A program made the position numbers and the translations under genes. Source: a virus (Duplodnaviria; Caudoviricetes). Taken from it: 47,775 nucleotides of DNA. Shown here in pieces: positions 34,564 to 44,400 of the stretch (position 1 is the stretch's first letter; each line of letters starts with the position of its first letter). The notes under the pieces are model-generated. The model saw nothing but the letters and a program-made list of their open reading frames with translations, had not been told where the DNA came from and ran no database searches. Where the stretch lies: the IMG/VR virus record IMGVR_UViG_3300037445_000040, positions 1 through 47,775 of that record; one strand, given 5' to 3'.

Positions 34564-34604
34564 CCCGGGCGGAGGACGAACTCCTTCGCCCGGGTTCTCT
34601 CTTT
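34564..34604 (+). terminator. intrinsic terminator after the capsid genes
   Basis: CCCGGGCGGAGGA/TCCTTCGCCCGGG stem plus TTCTCTCTTT; a second hairpin lies at ~34515-34544. Confidence 0.65.
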
Positions 34605-34609
34605 CCACG

Positions 34610-34798
34610 ATGCCGAATCCCCCTCCCTCAAAGCCGAACCCGGCGCAGGCGACCTCGCACGTCGTGCGCAACGGGCGGAGAGTCGCGAAGACGGGCGCGG
34701 GCCGCGCGCAGGCCCCGGCGCCGTTCATGCACTCGGACCCGATCAACGTCGACGCGCGCGAGAACAAACCGCCGCCCCCGGCTCGGCCGGCGCCCTGA
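34610..34798 (+). CDS. small Pro-rich protein
   Basis: 62-aa ORF filling the gap before tail tubular A. Confidence 0.45.
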   Translation: MPNPPPSKPNPAQATSHVVRNGRRVAKTGAGRAQAPAPFMHSDPINVDARENKPPPPARPAP

Positions 34799-34801
34799 AC
34801 C

Positions 34802-35713
34802 ATGCCCGCCTACGCGCCCCCCTCGATCACCTCGATCAGCAACCTCGCCCTCGCGGAGATCGGGCAGCAGCCGATCGACGACGTCGACAACGGCAACTCG
34901 GACGCCGCGCGGCAATGCGCCGCGAACTTCTGGCAGGTCGTGCGGCAGGTCGGCCGCGCACACAACTGGAACTGCCTCCAGCGCCGGGCCCCGCTCACCC
35001 AGCTCTCGTTCCCCGGCGGCTACTCGGGCGACGGGTGCACCGCGATCGGCTGGCGCGGGTGCGCCCCGAGCACGCTCCCGCCCTACTGGCTCGCGAACAC
35101 GGCCTACCTCGGCGGGAACCTCGTGACCTACGGCGAGGCGATCTACTACTGCCTTCAGGCGAACACCTCGTCGGGATGGTTTATCAACGACCTGACCGCC
35201 GGCCTCTGGGCCCAGATTTACTCGACGTTCCTCGGTCCGCGCGGCCCGGCGAGCGCCAACGGCTACGAGTGGGACTTCGGCTACGCGCTCCCGCAGGACT
35301 ACCTGCTCCTGACCGAGCTCAACGGCAACGACTGCCGCAACGGCCGGGGCGTCGGGGACCTCTACGAGCTCTTCATCTACCAGACCGCGAACCCGGACGG
35401 CTCGCAGTCGAACGTCGAGGCGCTCTTCTGCGACGAGTCGTGGGCGAACGTCAAATACACGGCGCTGATACAGGACACGACGCTCTTCGACCCGCTCTTC
35501 TGCGACGCGGTCGCGGTGATGCTCGCCTCGAAGATCGCGACGCCCCTCCGCGGCGACGACGGCAAGATGGCGAACCTCCTCCGCGAGCGCTACCGGAACG
35601 AGGTCCTCCCGTGGGCGATGATGAAGGACTCCGGCGAGCGCAAGGAGCGCCGCTACGACCCGACGCGCGAGTCGAACTGGCTGCGCTCCCGCTACGGTTC
35701 CACGAACGGATAA
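34802..35713 (+). CDS. tail tubular protein A / adaptor (T7 gp11-like) with CBM-like insert
   Basis: ISNLALAEIG, HNWN, YALPQDYL, FDPLFCDAVAVMLASKIA. Confidence 0.85.
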   Translation: MPAYAPPSITSISNLALAEIGQQPIDDVDNGNSDAARQCAANFWQVVRQVGRAHNWNCLQRRAPLTQLSFPGGYSGDGCTAIGWRGCAPSTLPPYWLANTAYLGGNLVTYGEAIYYCLQANTSSGWFINDLTAGLWAQIYSTFLGPRGPASANGYEWDFGYALPQDYLLLTELNGNDCRNGRGVGDLYELFIYQTANPDGSQSNVEALFCDESWANVKYTALIQDTTLFDPLFCDAVAVMLASKIATPLRGDDGKMANLLRERYRNEVLPWAMMKDSGERKERRYDPTRESNWLRSRYGSTNG

Positions 35714-35716
35714 CCC

Positions 35717-38700
35717 GTGCCGAAGAGCATCGAGACCCTCGTTTCCTTTAGCGCCGGCGAGTGGTCGCCCACGCTGACGTCGCGCGTCGACCAGCAGAAG
35801 TACCGCGCCGCGTGCATTCAGCTCCGGAACATGCTCTGCCTGAAGACCGGCCCGGCGACCCGGCGGCCGGGGACCCAGTTCATCGCCCCGGCCGCGAGCA
35901 TCCCGGTCCCGGGCAACTACGCCGTCCGGTTGCAAGACTTCCAGTTCTCGGTCAACACGACGTTCATCCTCGAGTTCGGCGAGGGGTACATCCGGTTTTA
36001 CTCGAACGGGCAGCAGGTGACGCTGTCGTCGGCCCCGACGTGGGTGGCGGCGCAGACCTACCACGTCTCGGACTACGTCGAGGACCCGACGGACTCGAAC
36101 AACATCTACCGCTGCGTCGCGGACGTCTCGGACTCGACCCCGCCGCACAGCTCGGGGAGCTGGGTCAAGCAGTCGATCTACCAAGTCTCGAGCCCCTACG
36201 ACGCGACGATCGGCCTCGCCGGGATCACGGCGACCGAGGTCTTCCAGCTGCAGTTCTGCCAGATCAACGACGTAGTCTACATCGTCCACCCGAACCACCC
36301 GCGCTACAAGTTGACGCGGAACGCGGACACCGACTGGACGATGGAGGTCGTCGTGGACACGGTCCCGGCGCTCCTCGACCAGAACGCGACGGACACCGTC
36401 ATCGCCTCCTCGGCGACGCAAGGGACGACGAACCTCGACGCCAACGCGCCGAGCTGGACCGCCGGCTTCCTCTACGAGCCCGGCAACTCGGTCTCGGCGG
36501 CGATCCTCTCGTCGCAGCTCGTGGTGGGGAACTTCTACATCATCGCGATCGTCGGGACGACGGACTGGACGCTCGTGGGCGCGGCCTCGAACACGGTGAA
36601 CCTCGGCTTCGTCGCGACGGGCACGACCACGGGGTCGGGCGAGGCGATCGCCCTTTACGCCTGCCTCAAGTCGCACGTCTCGACGACGTTCACGGCGGAT
36701 TTGTCGGCCGGTAACTGGGCGTCCCAGCCGATCTTCCTCCCGGCGCACGTGGGAGCTTACTGGGAGCTGTCCTACCTCCGGGACGCGGCGTACGTCGAAT
36801 ACACCGGCGTGGCCGCGACCGGCTTCGACGCGGGGACCTCGGCGACGATCACCGCGTTCGGGGACTGGGAGGTCCGCACCTACGGGGTTTGGTCCGCGGA
36901 CATCGCGGTGCAGGCGTCGACGGACGGCGGCGTGACGTGGCAGCAGGTCCGCCAACTCACCGGGCGGAACGACCGCAACGCGAACATCTCGGGGACCGCG
37001 GTCAAGGCGCAGCTCTACCGGATCGTCGTCTCGAACGTCTCGGTCCCTCCGGTCCCGGGCGCGACGAACCCCCGGATCGTCTTCGAGTGCGTCGACGCCT
37101 TCCTCTTCGGCATCGTCCAGATCACGTCCGTGCAGGACGCGTGGCACGCGACCGCGAACGTGATCACGCAGCTCCCGGTCGCGAACGCGTGGGTCAGCGG
37201 GAAGCAGTATTTCGCCGAGGACCGAGTCGGCTACAACGGGGTGAACTACATCGCCTTGAACGACGTCACGGGATCGACTCCCCCGCCGGACGACCCGACG
37301 AACTGGGAGGCGGACGGCTACCCCACGCCCTACTGGTCCGAGGGCGCGTGGTCCGGGGTGCGCGGATACCCGCGCGCGATCACGGCGTTCCAGCAGCGCG
37401 TCTGGTGCGGGTTCACTGCCTACGAGCCGCAGCGCGTCTGGGGGACGCAGACCGGCGACATCGAGAACTGGGATCTCGGCGACCAGACCAACGCGACGGA
37501 CGCGGTGGCGTTCGACCTCGACGCGGTGGGCGACGGCTCCGGGGTCTGGCTGCAGGCGCAGGACTCGCTCTTCGCCGGGTTCGTCTCGGCGGAGTGGGTC
37601 GTCTCGTCCTCGGACCCGACCGCGGCGATCGGCCCGACCTCGGTCACGGCGCACCGCCAGAGCCGCTGGGGCTCGAACCCGAACATCGCGGCGCGCGTCG
37701 TCGGCGACGCCCTAGTCTTCGTCCAGCGGCAGGCGTTCTCCATGCGCCAGATGCTCTTCTCGATCGCGACGAACAAATACATGTCGCAGGACCTTACGGC
37801 CCTCTCCGACACGATCCTCAACTCGGGGGCGTTGCAGCTCGCCTACCAGCAGCAGGGGCAGAAGAACGGGTTCTTGTGGGCGACGACGGCGAACGGCGAG
37901 CTCGTCGCGATGACCTACGAGCTCGATCAGGAGATATTCGGATGGAGCCGGCACTTCACCGGGGTCGAGGCCGGCGACGTCTTCGAGTCGGTGGCGAGCA
38001 TCCCGGGCAAGGGGACGGACGACGACGAGGTCTGGGTGGTCGTCCACCGGGTCGTCAACGGCAGCGGCGTGCGCTACGTCGAGCGGCTCAACCCGATCAA
38101 CTGGTACAACTCCCCGAACGCGGTCCCCGGATCGCCGTCCTACCCGGCGGACAAGAACTCGGCCTTCTACGTCGACGCGGGGGTGACCTACCAAAACCCC
38201 GGGAGCGCGACGTTCACCGGCCTGAGCCACCTCGAGGGGCGCACGGTCGCGGTCTTCTACAACGGCGCGGACTACGGGCGCTACGTCGTCGCCGGAGGGG
38301 AGGTCACGGTCGACAACTTCGAGTCGGCCTCGACCCCGCCCGACGCCTACGCGCACATCGGGCTCCCGTTCCAGTCGACGCTCCAGCCGATGAACCTCGA
38401 CGTTGACGTCCACACGGGCGTGACGAAGGGGATCATCAAGAAGGTGACGGGCTTGACGATCTCGTTCTACGACACGCTCGCGTGCAAGTTTTCGAACGGC
38501 TCCTTCGACGCGAACGGAAACCTCGTATTCCGCGAGATCGTCTTCCGCGACGGGAGCAATCCCTTCGCCGAGGTCCCGCTCTTCACGGGCGACAAGCAGA
38601 TCCGCGACTTCCCGGGAGGCTACGGGCTGCAGATCCCGGTGATCCTATACACCGACGGACCCTTGCCACTGACGGTCCTTTCCGTTGCGGTGGACTACGG

Positions 38701-38719
38701 GCTCTCCGGCCAGCCATGA
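35717..38719 (+). CDS. tail tubular protein B / nozzle (T7 gp12-like) with CBM-like inserts
   Basis: SFSAGEWSP, RRPGT, LEFGEGYIRF, GYPRAITAFQQR, GWSRH, GLSHLEG. Confidence 0.9.
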   Translation: MPKSIETLVSFSAGEWSPTLTSRVDQQKYRAACIQLRNMLCLKTGPATRRPGTQFIAPAASIPVPGNYAVRLQDFQFSVNTTFILEFGEGYIRFYSNGQQVTLSSAPTWVAAQTYHVSDYVEDPTDSNNIYRCVADVSDSTPPHSSGSWVKQSIYQVSSPYDATIGLAGITATEVFQLQFCQINDVVYIVHPNHPRYKLTRNADTDWTMEVVVDTVPALLDQNATDTVIASSATQGTTNLDANAPSWTAGFLYEPGNSVSAAILSSQLVVGNFYIIAIVGTTDWTLVGAASNTVNLGFVATGTTTGSGEAIALYACLKSHVSTTFTADLSAGNWASQPIFLPAHVGAYWELSYLRDAAYVEYTGVAATGFDAGTSATITAFGDWEVRTYGVWSADIAVQASTDGGVTWQQVRQLTGRNDRNANISGTAVKAQLYRIVVSNVSVPPVPGATNPRIVFECVDAFLFGIVQITSVQDAWHATANVITQLPVANAWVSGKQYFAEDRVGYNGVNYIALNDVTGSTPPPDDPTNWEADGYPTPYWSEGAWSGVRGYPRAITAFQQRVWCGFTAYEPQRVWGTQTGDIENWDLGDQTNATDAVAFDLDAVGDGSGVWLQAQDSLFAGFVSAEWVVSSSDPTAAIGPTSVTAHRQSRWGSNPNIAARVVGDALVFVQRQAFSMRQMLFSIATNKYMSQDLTALSDTILNSGALQLAYQQQGQKNGFLWATTANGELVAMTYELDQEIFGWSRHFTGVEAGDVFESVASIPGKGTDDDEVWVVVHRVVNGSGVRYVERLNPINWYNSPNAVPGSPSYPADKNSAFYVDAGVTYQNPGSATFTGLSHLEGRTVAVFYNGADYGRYVVAGGEVTVDNFESASTPPDAYAHIGLPFQSTLQPMNLDVDVHTGVTKGIIKKVTGLTISFYDTLACKFSNGSFDANGNLVFREIVFRDGSNPFAEVPLFTGDKQIRDFPGGYGLQIPVILYTDGPLPLTVLSVAVDYGLSGQP

Positions 38720-39135
38720 TCTCCATCCGCCAACTCAACCCAGAAAAAGACCTCGCCGTCGTGCAGGCGTGGTGGCGGCTCCGCTCGGCGCCTCAGCTCC
38801 CGGGCGAGATTCTTCCCCGCGGCTGGATCGCGTCGGGCGCCGGCGTCGACCTCGCCGCGTCGTTCCTCTACCTCGTGGAGGGCAAGATCGGGGTGATCGA
38901 GTGGACCACGACGAACCCGCGCGTGGCGGTCGGCCCCGACGTCGTCGCGGCCGTGAAGTCGCTCTACGAGCACCTCGAGAACGTCGCGTGGGACGCGGGG
39001 TGCCCGGTCGTCATCTCGTTCGTCGACCCCGGCTCGTGGGAGCACCGCACGATGGCGAAGCGCGGATACGCCGAGGCCGGCGGCGCGCACGTCATGCTGA
39101 TGAAACCTTTCGGCCGCAAGGGAGGGCCCGCCTGA
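38716..39135 (+). CDS. GNAT-like protein (T7 gp13 position)
   Basis: Position after the nozzle; ...AASFLY...IEWTTTNP. Confidence 0.55.
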   Translation: MISIRQLNPEKDLAVVQAWWRLRSAPQLPGEILPRGWIASGAGVDLAASFLYLVEGKIGVIEWTTTNPRVAVGPDVVAAVKSLYEHLENVAWDAGCPVVISFVDPGSWEHRTMAKRGYAEAGGAHVMLMKPFGRKGGPA

Positions 39136-39782
39136 TGCCGCTCGCGCTCGCAGCCGGATCGCTCGTCGTGGCCGGGGTCTCGGCCGTCCAGAGCTACAAC
39201 TCCGCGAACCGCGCGGCGTCGGACGCGCAGAGCGCGGCGAACTCGGCCGCGGCGACGACGCAGGCGACGGCGGACTACAACGCGCGCGTCGACCGCGCGA
39301 ACGAGGAGCAGCTCGCCGTCGACTCGGCGGCGAACATCGACGCGATGCGCAAGGACGCGAAGGTCTACCTCTCGCGCCAGACGGCGGCGTTCGCCGGCGC
39401 GGGGGTCTCGGTCGACTCCGGGTCGCCGCTCGCGGTCCGGGTCTCCACGGCGGGGCAGCTGGCCCTGCGCGAGGCCGAGGCCCACCGGCAGGCGAACGCC
39501 CGAATTGAGGGGATCGAGTCCGGGGCGCGCGCAGGGTTCGCCGAGGCGCAGTCGCAAGCCGACGCCTACCGGATCGAGGGGCAGGCGCAGGCGGACTCCT
39601 ACCACCGCGCCGCCTCGGCCGCGCTGCTCTCTGGCGCTTCCCGGATGCTCTCCGCCGGCGCGGGACTCTACCAAGCCGGGGCGTTCTCCGGCGGGGGCGG
39701 CGCGACGTTGCCGGTCCCGAAGGCGACGCCATCAAACACGGGAGGCTTCGACGCGCCGAGCTTCGCGGCGGGATTCGCATGA
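39135..39782 (+). CDS. internal virion/ejection protein (gp14-like)
   Basis: Hydrophobic Ala-rich N-terminus; Q.AAFAGAGV..SGSPL. Confidence 0.75.
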   Translation: MPLALAAGSLVVAGVSAVQSYNSANRAASDAQSAANSAAATTQATADYNARVDRANEEQLAVDSAANIDAMRKDAKVYLSRQTAAFAGAGVSVDSGSPLAVRVSTAGQLALREAEAHRQANARIEGIESGARAGFAEAQSQADAYRIEGQAQADSYHRAASAALLSGASRMLSAGAGLYQAGAFSGGGGATLPVPKATPSNTGGFDAPSFAAGFA

Positions 39783-41491
39783 GCATACCAACCGTCCCCG
39801 GAAGTGAAATCGACGTGGCCACCCCGAACCGGGCGGCGAAGCTCGACGCGGGCGCGATCACGGCGCCGGCGCGCGCGCGGTTGTCCGCGGCGGGTTCTCG
39901 CTACCGCGGCGAGCAGCAGATGGCCGGCGCGGTCGAGGGAGCGAGCGCGGTACTCGCTGGGCTCTCCGAGGACATGCTCAAGGTCCGCCGCGCGAACATC
40001 GCCGCGGACGCCGACTTCCGGATGCGCGCGGCGCAGCAGAGCTTCATCGAGTCGATCCGAGGCGACCAGAACGAGAACGACTGGGCCGACCGCGCGCAGA
40101 CCGTGGCCGAACAGACTCGGCAGGACATCTTCGCGAGCCACGACGTTCCGCCCGGGATGCGCCCTGAGCTCGAGAACTCGATCAAGGGCTGGGGGCAGGC
40201 GCTCCAGATCAAGACGCAGACGATGGCGCAGGTCCAGACAATCAACCGCGCCGAGCTCTCGATCCGGAAGAGCTACGACGAGGCCGGGCGCGACGGGGAC
40301 GCGGTCGGCATGGCGAACGCCGTCGCCCTCGGGCGCTCCTCGAAGCTCGACCCCGTCGCGATGGACGAGATGGAGCAGAACATCCCGCGCGCGCTCGCGA
40401 CCACCGCGATCGAGAACGGGCTCCGCGCGAACCCGCAGGGCACGCACGACCTGCTCGTCTCGGGGGCGTCCCTCCCGATCGCCGACCAGAAGGGCAACGC
40501 GATCGTCCCGTCGAAGGTCTTCGCGCCGAAGGAACTCCAGAGCCTGATCAACACGGCGCGCGTGCAGTCGGCGGCGTGGCAACGGACCAATGGCGAAAAC
40601 CTGCTCCAGACCGCGGCGGACCCGATCACGGGGCTCGTCCCGGACAACGAGATCAAGGCGAAGATGGCGTCGAAGGAGATTTCCGAGGCGTTCGGGCGCT
40701 CGCTGATCGCCGCGCAGGAGCGCAAGGTCAAGGCGGAGACCGCCGCCTCCGAGGCCGAGAACAAGCGGCAGCTCGCGGAGTTCGACCGCGCCGAGCGCGA
40801 CCGATTCAACGTGCTCCAGTCCGCGATCCACGACCCGATCGCGTGGGGTGCGAACCCCGAGGAATACGCGAAGGCGCTCGTCGAGGACGCGGCCGACATC
40901 TCGACCCCCGCCCTGCGGCAGCGCGCGATCAACGACGCGAACCGGCAGCTCGCGGCGGTCAAGAAGAACGGGCAGATCGCGGAGAAGCCGGTCGAGGCGC
41001 AGATAATGGAACTCATGCGCAAGGACGTCCAGACGCAGGGCGCGATGGTCCCGCTCTCCGTCTCCGACGTCGCCGCGGTCGGCGCGAAGACCCATTTTTT
41101 CTCGGCGGACGAGCCGGCGAGGTCCGCCCAGACCCGCTACGAGCAGGTCCCCGGCGGGATCGAGGCGATCCGCAAGATGAAGCCCGAGGACTTCGCCGCG
41201 GCCTACGGGGAGAAGGCGACGAAGGACCAAGTGATCGAGGCGATCAACGTCCACGCGGCCCGGCTCGAGGCGCAGATGCGCGACTGGTTCAAGTCCCCCG
41301 AGGGCGAGAAGGCGACGTTCGAGCAGGCCAACGCCCACCGGCAGGAACTCGAGCGCCCCTACGTCATGGACGCCGTCCGCGCCACGCTCTCGCGCAAGGC
41401 CCCGGCGGTCGTCCGGAACAAGGAGGACTACGACGCCCTCCCGCCGGGCGCTCCTTACGACTGGAACGGCCAGATCAAGGTGAAGAAGTAA
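39779..41491 (+). CDS. internal virion/ejection protein (gp15-like)
   Basis: Helical Ala/Gln-rich 570 aa; synteny. Confidence 0.65.
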   Translation: MSIPTVPGSEIDVATPNRAAKLDAGAITAPARARLSAAGSRYRGEQQMAGAVEGASAVLAGLSEDMLKVRRANIAADADFRMRAAQQSFIESIRGDQNENDWADRAQTVAEQTRQDIFASHDVPPGMRPELENSIKGWGQALQIKTQTMAQVQTINRAELSIRKSYDEAGRDGDAVGMANAVALGRSSKLDPVAMDEMEQNIPRALATTAIENGLRANPQGTHDLLVSGASLPIADQKGNAIVPSKVFAPKELQSLINTARVQSAAWQRTNGENLLQTAADPITGLVPDNEIKAKMASKEISEAFGRSLIAAQERKVKAETAASEAENKRQLAEFDRAERDRFNVLQSAIHDPIAWGANPEEYAKALVEDAADISTPALRQRAINDANRQLAAVKKNGQIAEKPVEAQIMELMRKDVQTQGAMVPLSVSDVAAVGAKTHFFSADEPARSAQTRYEQVPGGIEAIRKMKPEDFAAAYGEKATKDQVIEAINVHAARLEAQMRDWFKSPEGEKATFEQANAHRQELERPYVMDAVRATLSRKAPAVVRNKEDYDALPPGAPYDWNGQIKVKK

Positions 41492-41492
41492 G

Positions 41493-44400
41493 ATGGCCGA
41501 GATCGCCACATGGCAGCCGCCCGAGGTCGCCGGCGCGACGAGCGCGGGGACGACCGCTGCGGACAACTGGGTCCCGCCCGAGGTCGCGACCAACGCGCCG
41601 ACCCCCGGGCGCGTCTTCGCCTCCCCGAACTCGGTGATGCGGACCGACCCCGACGCCCACTGGCGCTCGCTCTACGGCGGGCTCGACGGCCTCGACCGCC
41701 GGCTGGACCCGCAACAGGCCGCCGCCTTCGGCTCCCTCGACAAGATCAGCCGCGACCCGAAGGAGGACCGCGCCCGGGCGATCAACCAGACGTTCATCGG
41801 CGAGAAGCTTAAGATGCCGCCCGAGGCTCTTCACTCGAACTGGGACGCCGTGAAGTCCGCCTTCGCGAAGAGCGAGCTCTCCATCGATCAAGACAAGATC
41901 CCGGACAAGTCGCTCTACGGTTGGATCGGGCAGCGCCTCAACCCGCCGGAGGACAAGATTCCGGACAAGGGAGAGGTCAAAGCGTGGACGTGGCGCGACC
42001 GGCTCGGGGGCGACCTCTACGCGGTCAAACGGGAGGCGGAGCGCCTCTGGTCGTCGATCTTCAAGCCCTTCACGGAACTCCCCTCGGCGCCGGCGGACCT
42101 TCCGGACGTTTGGATCCCCGGCGGCGTTAGCGGGATCCCGACGAACCCGGCCGTACTCGGGGGCGTCTACAACGGCGCGATCAAGCCGCTGATCGAGAGC
42201 CTCGAGTCGCCGGGCGGCATCGCCACGCTCGCGCTCCCCGCCCTCCGGACCGGCGGGACGGCGACGAAGGTCGCGTTCAAGGGAATCTCCGGGCTTTTCG
42301 CCGGTTTGATGGGCTGGGGCACCTACGAGTCGGGCAAGGAGCTCGCGCGGCTCCGCTCGGACCCCAACTCTACGACGCAGGAGCAGGTGGCCGCGCTCTC
42401 GTCCGCCGTCTCGAACGGCGCGATGACGCTCCTCGGCGCCCTCGGGACCGCCTTCGACAAGATACCCGAGCGCGCGGACAAGGTCGCGGCGTCGATGGAG
42501 GGCAAGCCTATGGCCGAGGCCGCCGAGGTCCTCCGCCGGGAAGCGGTCCCTTTGGCCCCGGAGCAAGCCGACGCCCTCAACCAAGCCGCCGCGAAGATCG
42601 ACGAGGTCGCCGCGAAGGTCCCGACGCCTATCGGGGCGGGTTTGGAGCAGACCGCCACGGGCGAGGTCCGACCGATCGCTCAGGAGAAGATCGCCGCCGC
42701 CGCGGTCCGCGCGTCCGACGGGACGGTCTCCGAGGGTCAGAGCCACGCGGAGATCAAAACCGAGTTGACGGGCGAGGAGGTCCCCGAAGGAGAGAAGCCT
42801 CTCGAGGGTTCGACGGAGGGGTTCGTGACGACCACGGGGCGCTTCGTCAACCGCTCCGAGGCCTCGGCGATCGCGGCCGACGCTGGACAACTCAAGCCGG
42901 ACGTCGCCGAGAAGCCTCCGACGGAGTTGCGCTCCCACGAGGTCGAGTACGCCGAGCCGCGCTCGTCCTTCGGGCAGACGTCGCTCAAGAACGCCTACGG
43001 CGAGCTCGAGCGCGACGCTTACGGCTTCGACGAGGCCACCCCGACCGAGAAGCGGAGCATGGCCGAGCGCTGGGCTCGGTCCAAGGAGGTCCTCAATCAG
43101 AACCCGAAGGCCGGAGAGCAACTCGCTGCGCGCCTCCTCGCCGACCCGAACATCGGGCTCACGGACGACCAGTCCGCTTTGCTCCTCCGCCACAAGGTCG
43201 ACCTCCAGCGCGCGCTGAACACTGCCGCCGACGCCGCGGCCGACCCGAACGCCTCGCCGGTCCTCAAGGCCGAGGCGCAGGCGCAGGTCAAAGACCTCTC
43301 CGACCAGCTCGTGAAGCTCCTCGACGCCGTGAAGAACCGGGGCTCGGAGTGGGGTCGCGAGGGTCGCTGGCGGCAGGCGCTCGCCCGGGAGGACTACTCC
43401 TTCGCCTCGCAGGAGACCTTGCTGCGGGCTGCGAAGGGCGGCGCCGAGCTGACCGAAGCCGAGCGCCAAGGGCTCATGGACCGGATCGCGGCCCTCGAGA
43501 AGAAGCAGGCCCAGTGGGACGCTCGGCAAGCGCGGACGACCGAGAGCCCGAACCAAGCGGCCGACCGGGCGGTGCGCGCGATGGAACGTCCGCCCGCCGG
43601 AGCCCCGCGCCGGGTCAAGCTGGCGGAGTCGATCCGAGAGAAGCTCCACGCCAAGGCGGCCGAGAGCCGGAAGTTCCTCGCCGGAAAGGTCCTCTCCCCG
43701 ACCCCGGAGGATCTGTACCACATGGCGGTGATCGGCGCGGACCAGATTTACTCGGTCGGCCTCGACTTCGCGAAATGGTCCGCCGCGATGGTCGGCGAAC
43801 TCGGCGAGAAGGTCCGTCCTCTCCTCTCCCAAATCTGGGAGTCCGCGCAGAAGCAATTTCACTCCGAGAACCGGGCGGGATTGGTGGCGGACCTCGCCGC
43901 GCTGGGATCGGAGGACAGAATCAAACGGCTTTCGGGCATCGCGCAGGAACTCGCGCGCAGTCACATCGCGCAAGGGGTGAAGGGGCGCGACGCCGTCCTC
44001 GACGCGGTCTTCGCCGATGTCCACAAGGCGATGCCGGAGGCGACCCGGAGCGAGGTTCGCGACGCGATCTCCGGATACGGCCAGTTCAAGCCGCTCACGC
44101 ACGACCAAATATCGGACCAACTCCGCGACATCAAGGGGCAGCTCCAACAGATCGCCAAGCTCGAGGACATGGAGGAAGGCCGAGCGCCGAAGAAGACCGG
44201 CGTCGAGCGCAAGATCCCGAGCGACGAGGAGCGCCGGCTGCAGCAGCAGGTCGAGGCGAAGAAGAAGGAGGGCGGATACGTCAAGACGGACCCGGAGCGA
44301 CAACTCAAGACCGCTCTCGAGGCGGTGAAGACGCGCCTGACGAACCAAATCAAAGACCTCGAGACTCAGATCGAGACGCGCACCAAGATCGTGAAGGAGC

